In this document: piece by piece, positions 1-13,700 of the stretch
How the letters are laid out: every line of letters begins with the position of its first letter
Position numbering within the stretch: the stretch's first letter is position 1
Assembly (NCBI RefSeq): GCF_009914755.1
Contig: NC_060933.1
From: the human T2T-CHM13v2.0 reference genome, Homo sapiens
Strand: one strand, 5' to 3'
Length of the DNA stretch: 64,000 nucleotides
Position numbers and translations under genes: made by a program
Notes under the pieces: generated by a model
What the model saw: the letters and a program-made list of their open reading frames with translations, nothing else
Databases searched by the model: none
Told to the model about the DNA's origin: nothing

Positions 1-113
1 AATGGAATGGAATGGAACGGAACGGAATGGAATGGAATGGAATGCAATGGAATGGAATGGAATGGAATCAACGCGAGTGCAGGGGAATGGAATGGAATGG
101 AATGCAATGGAAT

Positions 114-128
114 GGAATCTTCCGGAAT
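114..128. promoter_or_regulatory. Canonical heat-shock element match GGAATCTTCCGGAAT (first of 25 copies seen in the left arm)
   Basis: gGAAt-cTTCc-gGAAt fits nGAAnnTTCnnGAAn exactly. Left-arm starts: 114, 1742, 2117, 3441, 4287, 5809, 6617, 8053, 13995, 15779, 17113, 18031, 20597, 20737, 24406, 26350, 27198, 30927, 31665, 32503, 34002, 34730, 38290, 40317, 40697. The motif match is direct; function is inferred. Confidence 0.55.
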
Positions 129-1550
129 GGAATGGAATGGAATGGAATGAAAGGCAATGGATTCAACTCGATTGCAATGGAATGGAATAGAATGAAATGG
201 AATGGAATGGAATGGAATGGAATTGAATGGAATGGAAGGCCTTCAAACCGAATGGAATGGAAAGGAATGGAATCAACACGAGGGGAAAGGTATGGAATGG
301 AAAGGAATGGAATGGAATGGAATGGTACGGAATAGAACGGAATGGAACGAACTGGAATGGAATGGAATGGAATGGAACGGAATGGAATGGAATGGAATGG
401 AATGGAATGGAATCGTTCCGAGTGGAATAGGAGGGAATGTATTCGACTGGAATGGAAAGGAATGGAATCAACCAGAGTCGAATGGAAGGGAATGGAATGG
501 AATGGAAACTAATAGAATGGAATCAACCCGAGTGGAATGGAATGGAAAGGACTGGAATGGAATGGAATGGAATGGAATGGAATCAACTCGATTGTAATGG
601 AATGGAATGGAATGGAATGGAATGGAATGCAATGGAATGGAATGGAATGGAATTAACCCGAATACAATAGAATGGAATGGAATGGAACGGAATGGAGTGG
701 AATGGAATGGAATCAACCCGACTGCAGGGGAATGGAATGGAATGAAATGCAATGGAATGGAGTCATCCGGAATGGAATGGAATGGAATGGAATGGAATGC
801 AAAGCAATGGAATCAACTCGATTGGAATGGAATGGAATGGAATGGAAAGGAATACATTGGAATCAACTCGAGTGGAATGGAATGGAAAGGACTGGAATGG
901 AGTGGAATGGAATGGAATGGAATCAACCCGAGTGCAGGGGAATGGAATGGAATGGAATGCAATGGAATGGAATCATCCGGAATGGAATGGAATGGAATGG
1001 AATGGAATGGAATGGAATGGAATCAACTCGATTTCAATGGAATGGAATGGAATAGAATGGAATGGAATTAACACGAAAGAATGGAATGGAATGGAATGGA
1101 ATGGAATGGAATGGAAAAGAAAGGAATGGAATGGAATGGAATGGAATCAACCCAAGTGCAGGGGAATGGAATGCAATGGAATTCAATGGAATGGAATAAT
1201 CCGGAATGGAATGGAATGGAATGGAATGGAATGGAATCAACCCGAGTGCAATGGAATGGAGAGGAATGGAATGGAATGGAATGCAAACTACACGAATGGA
1301 ATGGAATGTAATGGAGTGTAAGGGAATTGAATATAATGAATCCGAATGGAATGGAATGGAATGGAATGGAAAGGAATGGAATGGAATGGAATGGAATGGA
1401 ATGCAATGCCATGGAATCAACCCGAGTGCAATCAAATGGAATCGAATGAAATGGAATGCAATGGAATGGATTCAACTTGAATGGAATGGAAAGAATGGAA
1501 TCATAACGAGTGGAATGGCATGGTTTGGAATGGAATGGAATGGAATCAAC

Positions 1551-1564
1551 TCGATTGCAATCGA
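1551..1564. repeat. 14-bp perfect palindrome TCGATTGCAATCGA (recurrent module)
   Basis: The sequence equals its own reverse complement. Further copies e.g. 1931, 13769, 33781, 45861, 58141, 60951. Confidence 0.9.
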
Positions 1565-4500
1565 ATGGAATGGAATGGAATTAACCCAAATAGAATGGAA
1601 TGGAATGGAATGGAATGGAACGGAACGGAATGGAATGGAATGGAATGGAATGGAACGGATCGGAATGGAATGGAATGGAATGGAATGGAATGGAATCAAC
1701 GCGAGTGCAGGGGAATGGAATGGAATGGAATGCAATGGAATGGAATCTTCCGGAATGGAATGGAATGCAATGGAATAGAATGGAATGGAATGGAATGGAA
1801 TGGAATGGAATCAACCGGAGTACAGGGGAATGGAATGGAATGTAATGCAGTGGAATGGAATCATCCGTAATGGAATGGAAAGGAATGGAATGGAATGGAA
1901 TGGAATGGAATGGAATGGAATGGAATCAACTCGATTGCAATCGAATGGAATGGAATGGAATTAACCCGAATAGAATGGAATGGAATGGAATGGAACGGAA
2001 CGGAACGGAATGGAATGGAATGGAATGGAACGGAACGGAACGGAACGGAATGGAATGGAATGGAATGGAATCAACGCGAGTGCAGGGGAATGGAATGGAA
2101 TGGAATGCAATGGAATGGAATCTTCCGGAATGGAATGGAATGGAATGCAATGGATTCAACTCGATTGCAATGGAATGGAATGGAATGGAATTAAATGCAA
2201 TGGATTCTTCTCGATTGCAATGGAATGGAATAGAATGGAATGGAATGGAATGGAATGGAATTAACCCGAATAAAATGGAATGGAATGGAAAGGAACGGAA
2301 CGGAACGGAACGGAATGGAATGGAATGGAATGGAATGGAATGGAATGGTATGGAATGGAATGGAATGGTACGGAATAGAATGGAATGGAAAGAATTGGAG
2401 TGGAGTGGAATCGAATGGAATAGAATGGAATGGAATGCAATCAACCTGAGTGCAGGGGAATGTAATGGAACGGAATGTAATGGAATGGAATCATCTGGAA
2501 TGGAATGGAATGGAATGGAATGGAATGGAACCAACTTGATTGTGATGGAATGGAATGGAATGGAATGGAATGGAATGGAATGGAATTAACCCGAATACAA
2601 TGGAATGGAATGGAATGGAACGGAATGGAGTGGAATGGAATGGAATCAACCCGAGTGCAGGGGAATGCAATGGAATGGAATGCAATGGAGTGGAATCATC
2701 CGGAATGGAATGCAAAGCAATGGAATCAACTCGATTGCAATGGAATGGAATGGAATGGAAAGGAATACATTGGAATCAACCCGAGTGGAATGGAATGGAA
2801 AGGACTGGAATGGAGTGGAATGGAATGGAATGGAATGGAATGGAATCAACTCGATTGGAATGGAATGGAATGGAATGGAATGGAATGGAATTAACCCGAA
2901 TAGAATGGAATGGAATGGAATGGAATGGAACGGAACGGAACGGAACGGAATGGAATGGAATGGAATGGAATGGAATCAACCCGACTGCAGGGGAATGGAA
3001 TGGAATGGAATGCAATGGAATGGATTAAACTTGAATGGAATGGAAAGAGTGGAATCAACACGAGTGGAATGGCATGGATTGGAATGGAATGGAATGGTAT
3101 CAACCCGAGTACAGGGGAATGGAATGGAATGGAATGCAATGGAATGGAATCATCCGTACTGGAATGGAAAGCAATGGAATGGAATGGAATGGAATGGAAT
3201 GGAATGGAATGGAACGGAATGGAATCAACTCGATTGCAGTCGAATGGAATGGAATGGAATTAACTTGAATAGAATTGAATGGAATGGAATGGAATGGAAC
3301 GGAACGGAACAGAATGGAATGGAATGGAATGGAATGGAATGAAACGGAAAGGAATGGAATGGAACGGAATGGAATGGAATGGAATGCAATGGAATCAACG
3401 CGAGTGCAGGGGAATGGAATGGAATGGAATGCAATGGAATGGAATCTTCAGGAATGGAATGGAATGGAATGGAATGGAATGGAATAAACCCGAGTGCAAT
3501 GGAATGGAGTGGAATGGAATGGAATGGAATGGAACAACCCGAATGGAATGGAATGTAACAGAGAGTAAGGGAGTTGAATAGAATCAATCCGAATGTAATG
3601 GAATGGAATGGAAAGGAATGGAATTGAATGGAATGGAATGGAATGCAATGGAATGGAATCAACCCGAGTGCAATGGAATGGAGAGGAATGGAATGGAATG
3701 GATTGGAAACTACCCGAATGGAATGGAATGTAATGGAGTGTAAGGGAATTGAATAGAATCAATCCGAATGTAATGGAATGGAATGGAACGGAACGGAATG
3801 GAATGGAATGGAATTGAATGGAATGGAATGCAATGGAATGGAATCAACGTGAGTGCAATCGAATGGAATCGAATGGAATGGAATGCAATGGAATGGATTC
3901 AACTTGAATGGAATGGAAAGAATGGAATCACCACGAGTGGAAGGGCATGGATTGGAATGCAATGGAATGGAATCAACCCGAGTACAGGGGAATGGAATGG
4001 AATGGAATGCAATGGAATGGAATCATCCGTAATGGAATGGAAAGGAATGGAATGGAATGGAATGGAATGGAATGGAATGGAATCAACACCATTGCAATAG
4101 AATGGAATGGAATGGAATTAACCCGAATACAATGGAATGGAATGGAATGTAACGGAACGGAACGGAACGGAATGGAATGGAATGGAATGGAACGGAAAGG
4201 AATGGAATGGAATGGAATGGAATGGAATGGAATGGAATGGAATCAACGAGAGTGCAGGGGATGAAATGGAATGGAATGCAAGGAATGGAATCTTCCTGAA
4301 TGGAATGGAATGGAATGGAATGGAATGGAATGGAATGGAATAAACCCGAGTGCAATGGAATGGAGTGGAATGGAATGGAATGGAATGGAACAGCCCGAAT
4401 GGAATGGAATGTAATGGAGAGTAAGGGAGTTGAATAGAATCAATCCGAATGTAATGGAATGGAATGGAACGGAATGGAATTGAATGGAATGGAATGGAAT

Positions 4501-7500
4501 GCAATGGAATGGAATCAACCCGAGTGCAATGGAATGGAGAGGAATGGAATGGAATGGAATGGAATCTACCCGAATGGAATGGAATGTAATGGAGTGTAAG
4601 GGAATTGAATAGAATCAATCTGAATGTAATGGAATGGAATGGAACGGAATGGAATGGAAGGGAATGGAATGGAATGGAATGCAATGGAATGGAATCAACC
4701 CGAGTGCAATCGAATGGAATCGAATGGAATGGAATGCAATGGAGTGGATTCAACTTGAACGGAATGGAAAGAATGGAATCAACACGAGTGGAAGGGCATG
4801 GATTGGAATGCAATGGAATGGAGTCAACCCGAGTACAGGGGAATGGAATGGAATGGAATGCAATGGAATGGAATCATCCATAATGGAATGGAAAGGAATG
4901 GAATGGAATCGAATGGAATGGAATGGAATGGAATGGAATCAACACGATTGCAATCGAATGGAATGGAATGGAATTAACCCGAATAGAATGGAATGGAATG
5001 GAATGGAACGGAACGGAATGGAATGGAATGGAATCAACCCGAGTGCAGGGGAATGGAATGGAATGGAATGCAATGGAATGGAATCATCAGGAATGGAATG
5101 GAATGGAATGGAATGCAAAGCAATGGAATCAACTCGATTGCAATGGAATGGAATGGAATGGAAAGGAATACATTGGAATCAACCCGAGTGGAATGGAATG
5201 GAAAGGACTGGAATGGAGTGGAATGGAATGGAATGGAATGGAATGGAATGGAATCAACTCGATTGGAATGGAATGGAATGGAATGGAATGGAATGGAATT
5301 AACCCGAATAGAATGGAATGGAATGGAATGGAACGGAACGGAACGGAATGGAATGGAATGGAATGGAATGGAATGGAATCAACCCGACTGCAGGGGAATG
5401 GAATGGAATGGAATGCAATGGAATGGATTCAACTTGAATGGAATGGAAAGAATGGAATCAACACGAGTGGAATGGCATGGATTGGAATGGAATGGAATGG
5501 AATGAACCCGAGTACAGGGGAATGGAATGGAATGGAATGCATTGGAATGGAATCATCCGGAATGGAATGGAATGGAATGGAATGGAATGGAATGGAATGG
5601 AATGGAGTGGAATCAACTTGATTGCAATCGAATGGAATGGAATGGATTTAACCCGAATAGAATGGAATGGAATGGAATGGAACGGAACGGAACGGAATGG
5701 AATGGAATGGAATGGAATGGAATGGAACGGAAAGGAATGGAATGGAATGGAATGGAATGGAATCAACGCGAGTGCAGGGGAATGGAATGGAATGGAATGC
5801 AATGGAATGGAATCTTCCGGAATGGAATGGAATGGAATCAACCCGAGTGCAATGGAATGGAGTGGAATGGAATGGAATGGAATGGAACAGCCCGAATGGA
5901 ATGGAATGTAATGGAGAGTAAGGGAGTTGAATAGAATCAATCCGAATTTAATGGAATGGAATGGAACGGAATGGAATTGAATGGAATGGAATGGAATGCA
6001 ATGGAATGGAATCAACCCGAGTGCAATGGAATGGAGAGGAATGGAATGGAATGGAATGGAAACTACCCGAATGGAATGGAATGTAATGGAGTGTAAGGGA
6101 ATTGAATAGAATCAATGCGAATGTAATGGAATGGAATGGAATGGAATGGAATGCAATGGAATGGAATCAACCCGAGTGCAATCAAATAGAATCGAATGGA
6201 ATGGAATGCAATGGAATGGATTCAACTTGAATGGAATGGAAAGAATGGAATCAACACGAGTGGAAGGGCATGGATTGGAATGCAATGGAATGGAATCAAC
6301 CCGAGTACAGGGGAATGGAATGGAATGGAATGCAATGGAATGGAATCATCCGTAATGGAATGGAAAGGAATGGAATGGAATGGAATGGAATGGAATGGAA
6401 TTTAATGGAATCAACAGGATTGCAATCGAATGGAATGGAATGGAATTAACCCGAATAGAATGGAATGGAATGGAATGGAACGGAACGGAATGGAATGGAA
6501 TGGAATGGAATGGAATGGAACGGAATGGAACGGAATGGAATGGAATGGAATGGAATGGAATGGAATGGAATCAACGCGAGTGCAGGGGAATGGAATGGAA
6601 TGGAATGCAATGGAATGGAATCTTCCGGAATGGAATGGAATGGAATGGAATGGAATGAAATGCAATGGATTCAACTCGATTGAAATGGAATGGAATAGAA
6701 TGGAATGGAATGGAATGGAATGGAATTAACCCGAATAGAATGGAATGGAATGGAACGGAATGGAACGGAATGGAAAGGAATGGAATGGAATGGAATGGAA
6801 TGGAATGGAATGGAATGGAATGGTATGGAATGGAATGGAATGGAATCAACGCGAGTGCAGGGGAATGTAATGGAACGGAATGCAATGGAATGGAATCATC
6901 CGGAATGGAATGGAATGGAATGGAATGGAATGGAATGGAATCAACCCGAGTGCAATGGAATGGAGTGGAATGGAATGGAATGGAATGGAACAACCCTAAT
7001 GGAATGGAATGTAATGGACAGTAAGGGAGTTGAATAGAAACAATCCGAGTGTAATGGAATGGAATGCAACGGAATGGAATGGCATGGAATGCAATGGAAT
7101 GGAATGGAATGCAAAGGAATGGAATCAACCCGAGTGGAATGGCATGGAATGGAATGCAATGGAATGGAATGGAATGGAATCAACTCGAGTGGAAAGGAAT
7201 GGAATGGAATGGAAAGGAATGGAATGAAGGCAACTCGAGTGGAATGGAATGGAATGGAATGGATTGGAATGGATTGCAATGGAATGAAATGGAATGGAAT
7301 GGAATGGAATCAATCATTCCGAGTGGAATGGAAGGGAATGTAATGGAGTGGGAAGAAGGGAATGGAATCAACCCGAGTGGAATGCAAGGCAATGGAATGG
7401 AATGGAAAGCAATGGAATGGAATCAACTCGATTGCAATGGAATGGAATGGAATGGAATGGAATGGAATGGAATTAACCGGAATAGAATGGAATGGAATGG

Positions 7501-9339
7501 AATGGAACGGAATGGAATGGAATGGAAGGGAATGGAATCAACACGAGTGCAGGGGAATGGAATGGAATGGAATGCAATGGAATGGAATCATCCGGAATGG
7601 AATGGAAGGGAATGGAATCAACTCCATTGCAATGGAATGGAATGGAATGCAATGGAATAGAATGGAATGGAGTTAACCCGAATAGAATGGAATGCAATAG
7701 AATGGAATGCAACGGAACCGAATGGAGTGGAATGGAATGGAATGGAATCAATCCGAGTACAGGGAATGCAATGGAATGGAATGCAATGGAATGGAGTCAT
7801 CCATATTGGAATGGAAACGAATGGAATGGAATGGAATTGAATGGAATGGAATGGAATGGAATCAACTCGATGGCAATCGAATGGAATGGAATGGAATTAA
7901 CCCGAATAGAATGGAATGGAATGGAATGGAACGGAACGGAATGGAATGGAATGGAATGGAATGGAATGGTACGGAACGGAATGGAATGGAATGGAATGGA
8001 ATGGAATCAACGCGAGTACAGGGGAATGGAATGGAATGGAATGCAATGGAATGGAAACTTCCGGAATGGAATGGAATGGAATGGAATGGAATGAAAGGCA
8101 ATGGATTCAACTCGATTGCAATGGAATGGAATAGAATGGAATGGAATGGAATGGAATGGAATGGAATGGAATTGAATGGAATGGAATGCCTTCAAAGCGA
8201 ATGGAATGGAAAGGAATGGAATCAACACGAGTGGAAAGGAATGGAATGGAAAGGAATGGAATGGAATGGAATGGTATTGAATAGAATGGAATGGAACGAA
8301 CTGGAATGGAATGGAATGGAATGGAATGGAATGGAATGGAATGGAATGGAATCGTTCCGAGTGGAAGAGGAGGGAATGTATTCGAGTGGAATGGAAAGGA
8401 ATGGAATCAACCAGAGTGGAATGGAAGGGAATGGAATGGAATGGAAACTAATAGAATGGAATCAACCCGAGTGGAATGGAATGGAAAGGACTGGAATGGA
8501 ATGGAATGGAATGGAATGGAATGGAATCAACTCGATTGTAATGGAATGTAATGGAATGGAATGGAATGGAATGGAATTAACCCGAATACAATGGAATGGA
8601 ATGGAATGGAAAGGAATGGAGTGGAATGGAATGGAATCAACCCGAGTGCAGGGGAATGGAATGGAGTGGAATGCAATGGAATGGAATCATCCGGAATGGA
8701 ATGGAATGGAATGGAATGGAATGCAAAGCAATGGAATCAACTCGATTGCAATGGAATGGAATGGAATGGAAAGGAATAGAATGGAATCAACCCGAGTGTA
8801 ACGGAATGGAAAGGAGTGGAATGGAGTGGAATGGAATGGAATGGAATGGAATCAACTCGATTGGAATGGAATTGAATGGAATGGAATGGAATTAACCCGA
8901 ATAGAATGGAATGGAATGGAATGGAATGTAACGGAATGGAATTCAATGGAATGGAATGGAATGGAATGGAATGGAATGGAATGGAATCAACCCGACTGCA
9001 GGGGAATGGAATGGAATGGAATGGAATGGAATGGAATGGAATCATCCGGAAAGGAATGGAATGGAATGGAATGGAATCAACTCGATGGCAATGGAATGAA
9101 ATGGAATGGAATGGAATGGAATCGAATGGAATGGAATGGAATTAACCGGAATAAAATGGAATGGAATGGAATGGAACGGAATGGAATGGAATGGAATGGA
9201 ATGGAATGGAATGGAATCAACCCGAGTGCAGGGGAATGGAATGGAATGGAATGCAATGGAATGGAATCATCCGGAATGGAATGGAATGGAATGGAATGGA
9301 ATCAACCTGATGCAATGGAATGGAGTGGAATGGAATGGA

Positions 9340-9670
9340 ATGGAATGGAAACATCCCGAATGGAATGGAATGTAATGGAGTGTAAGGGAATTGAATAGAA
9401 TTAATCCGAATGTAATGGAATGGAATGGAATGAAATGGAATGGAATGGAATAGAATGGAATGGAATCAACCCGAGTGCAATGGAATGGATTCGAATGGAA
9501 TGGAATGGAATGGAAACATCCCGAATGGAATGGAATGTAATGGAGTGTAAGGGAATTGAATAGAATTAATCCGAATGTAATGGAATGGAATGGAATGAAA
9601 TGGAATGGAATGGAATAGAATGGAATGGAATCAACCCGAGTGCAATGGAATGGATTCGAATGGAATGGAA
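9340..9670 (+). repeat. Local tandem duplication, 165-bp unit x2
   Basis: ACATCCCGAA at 9351 and 9516, and the variant TTAATCCGAATGTAA at 9401 and 9566, are both 165 bp apart; GGATTCGAATGG is also repeated. Ends are approximate. Confidence 0.85.
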
Positions 9671-10819
9671 TGGAATGGAATGGATTCAACAAGAATGGAA
9701 TGGAAAGGAATGGAATCAACCCGAGTGTAATGGCATGGAATGGAACGGAATGGAATGGGATGGAATGGAATGGTACGGAATAGAATGGAATGGAATGAAA
9801 TGGAATTGAATGGAATGGAATGGAATGGAATGGAATGGAATGGAATGAACCCGTGTGCAATGGAATGGAATGGAATGGAATGGAATGGATTCAACTCGAA
9901 TGGAATCAACTCGATTGCAATGGAATGGAATGGAATTGAAAGGAATAGAATGGAATCAACCCGAGTGGAATGGAATGGAAAGGACTGGAATGGAGTGGAA
10001 TGGAATGGAATGGAATTAACCCGAATAGAATGAAATGGAACGGAATGGAATGGAATGTAATGGAATAGAATGGAATGGAATCAACCCGAGTGCAGGGGAA
10101 TGGAATGGAATGGAATGCAATGGAATGGAATCATCCGGAATGGAATGGAATGGAATGGAATGGAATGGAATGGAATGGAATCAACTCGATTTCAATGGAA
10201 TGGAATGGAATAGAATGGAATGGAATTAACACGAATAGAATGGAATGGAATGGAATGGAATGGAACAGAAAGGAATGGAATGGAATGGAATGGAATCAAC
10301 CCAAGTGCAGGGGAATGGAATGGAATGGATTTCAATGGAATGGAATCATCTGGAATGGAATGGAATGGAATGGAATGGAATGGAATGGAATGGAATGGAA
10401 TGGAATCAACCCGAGTGCAATGGAATGGAGAGGAATGGAATGGAATGGAATGGAAACTACACGAATCGAATGGAATGGAATGGAGTGTAAGGGAATTGAA
10501 TAGAATGAATCCGAATGGAATGGAATGGAATGGAATGGAATGCAATGGAATGGAATGGAATGGAATGCAATGCCATGGAATCAACCCGAGTGCAATCGAA
10601 TGGAATCGAATGGAATGGAATGCAATGGAATGGATTCAACTTGAATGGAATGGAAAGAATGGAATCAACACGAGTGGAATGGCATGGATTGGAATGGAAT
10701 GGAATGGAATCAACCCGAGTACAGGGGAATGGAATGGAATGGAATGAAATGGAATGGAATCATCCGTAATGTAATGGAAAGGAATGGAATGGAATGGAAT
10801 GGAATGGAATGGAATGGAA

Positions 10820-13700
10820 TGGAATGGAATGGATTCAACCCGAATGGAATGGAAAGGAAGGGAATCAACCCAAGTGGAATGGCATGGAATGGAATGGAAT
10901 GGAATGGAATGGAATGGTACCGAATAGAATGGAATGGAACCAAATGGAATAGAATGGAATGGAATGGAATGGAATCAACCCGAGTGCAATGGAATGGAGT
11001 GGAATGGAATGGAATGGAATGGAAAGAACCCGAATGGAATGGAATGAAATGGAGTGTAAGGGAATTGAATACAATCAATCCGAATGTAATGGAATGGAAT
11101 GGAACGGAATGGAATGGAATGGAATGGAATGCAGTGGAATGGAATCAAACCTAGTGCAATGGAATCGAATGGAATGGAATGGAATGGAATGGAATGGATT
11201 CAACCCAAATGGAATGGAAAGCAATGGAATCAACCCGAGTGGAATGGCATGGAATGGAATGGAATGGAATGGAATGGAATGGAATGGAATGGTACGGAAT
11301 AGAACGGAATGGAACGAAATGGAATGGTATGGAATGGAATGGAACGGAATGGAATGGAATCAACTCGATTGCAATGGAATGTAATGGAATGGAATGGAAT
11401 GCAATTAACGCGAATAGAATGGAATGGAATGGAAAGGAACGGAATGGAATGGAATGGAATGGAATCGAATGGAATCAACCTGAGTGCAGGGGAATGGAAT
11501 GGAATGGAATGCAATGGAATGTAATGGAATGGAATGCAATGGAATCAACTCGATTGCAATGGGATGGAATGGAATGGAAGGGAAGGGAAAGGAATAGAAT
11601 GGAATTAACCTGAACAGAATGGAATGGAATGGAATGGAACGGAATGGAATGGAACGGAATGGAATGGAATGGAATGGAATGAACCCGTGTGCAATGGAAT
11701 GGAATGGAATGGAATGGAATGGAATGGTATGGAATGGGTTCAACTCGAATGGAATGGAAAGGAATGGAATCAACACGAGTGGAATGGCATGGAATGGAAT
11801 GGAATGGAATGGAATGGAATGGAATGGAATGGAATGAAATGTAATGTAATGGAATGGAATGGAATCAACCCGAGTGCAGTGTAATGGAATCGAATGGAAT
11901 GGAATGGAATGGAATGGATTCAACACGAATGTAATGGAAAGGAATGGAATAAACCCGCGTGGAATGGCATGGAATGGAGTGGAATGGAATGAAATGTAAA
12001 GGAATGGAATGGAATGGAATCAACCCGAGTGCAATGTAATGGAATCGAATGGAATGGAATGGAATGGAATGGATTCAACCAGAATGGAATGGAAAGGAAT
12101 GGAATAAACCCGAGTGGAATGGCATGGAATGGAGTGGAATGGAATGGAATGGAATGGAATGGAATGGTACGGAATAGAATGGAATGGAAGGAAATGGAAT
12201 GGAATGGAATAGAATGGAATGGAATGGAATGGAATGAACTCGTGTGCAATGGAATGGAATCGAATGTAATGGAATGGATTGGAATGGATTGAACTCGAAT
12301 GGAATGGAAAGGAATGGAATCAACCCGAGTGGAATGGCATGGAATGGAATGGAATGGAATGGAATGGAATGGAATGGTACGGAATAGAATGGAAAGGAAC
12401 GAAATGGAATGGAATGAAATGGAATGGAATGGAATGGAATGGAATGGAATCAACCCGAGTGCAGGGGAATGGAATGGAATTGAAGGCAATGCAATGGAAT
12501 CATCCGGAATTGAATGGAATGGAATGGAATCAACTCGATTGCAATGGAATGGAATGGAATGGAATGGAATGGAATGGAATGGAATGGAATGGAATGGAAT
12601 GGAGTGGAATTAACCCGAATAGAATGGAATGGAATGGAATGGAATGGAATGGAATGGAATCAACCTGAGTGCAGGGGAATGGAATGCAATGGAATGCAAT
12701 GGAATGGAATGGAATGGAATGCAATGGAATCAACTAGATTACAATGGAATGGAATGGAATGGAATGGAATGGAATGGAATGGAATGGAATGGAATGGAAT
12801 TTAATGGAATTAACCTGAACAGAATGGAATGGAATGGAATGGAATGGAATGGAATGGAATGGAACGGAATGGAATGGAATGGAATGGAATGGAATCAACC
12901 CGAGTGCAGGGGAATGGAATGGAATGCAATGCAATGGAATGGAATCATCCGGAATGGAATGGAATGGAATGGAATGCAATGGAATGGAATCAATCAACCC
13001 GAGTGCAATGCAATGGAGTGTAATGGAATCGAATGGAATGGAAACTACCCGAATGGAATGGAATGTAATGGAGTGTAAGGGAATTTAAAAGAATCAATCC
13101 GAATGTAATGGAATGGAATGGAACGGAATGAAATGGAATGGCATGGAATGGAATGGAATCAACCCGAGTGCAATGGAATGGAATTGAACGGAATGGAATG
13201 GAAAGGAATGGATTCAACCCGAATGGAATGGAAAGGAATGGAATAAACCCGAGTGGAATGGCATGGAATGGAATGAAATGGAGTGGAATGGAATGGAATG
13301 GAATGGAATGGTACGGAATAGAATGGAATGGAACGAAATGGAATAGAATGGAATGGAATGGAATGGAATGAAACCGTGTGCAATGGAATGGAATGGAATG
13401 GAATGGAATGGAATGGAATGGAATGGAATGGGTTCGACTCGAATGGAATGGAATGGAATGGAATCAACCCGAGTGGAATGGCATGGAATGGAATGGAATG
13501 GAATGGAATGGAATGGAATGGAAACAACACGAGTGCAATGTAATGGAATCGAATGGAATGGAATGGAATGGAATGGAATGGATTCAACCCGAATGGAATG
13601 GAAAGGAATGGAATAAACCCGAGTGGAATGGCATGGAATGGAGTCTAATGGAATGGAATGGAATGGAATGGTATGGAATAGAATGGAATGGAACGAAATG
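10820..13700 (+). repeat. Distinct HSat3 sub-domain built on a GGATTCAACCCGAATGGAATGGAAAGGAATGGAAT(C/A)AACCCGAGTGGAATGGCATGG module
   Basis: Nine diverged copies near 10831, 11196, 11736, 11916, 12071, 12286, 13210, 13430 and 13580. The CAACGCGAGT/CTTCCGG and ATCGTTCCGAG modules were not seen here. Confidence 0.75.

Noticed and set aside
81-86. GGGG tracts as G-quadruplex candidates
   Set aside because: The GGGG tracts are isolated and usually more than 60 bp apart, and intervening tracts are only GG, so the canonical G4 pattern is not met.
428-445. AGGAGG upstream of ATG (Shine-Dalgarno-like) in the ATAGGAGGGAATGTATTCG module
   Set aside because: The context is eukaryotic satellite, the spacing to ATG is too short and the downstream ORF is only repeat translation; coincidental.
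3565-3580. TAAGGG resembling a telomeric TTAGGG variant
   Set aside because: It occurs singly inside a satellite module and never in tandem.
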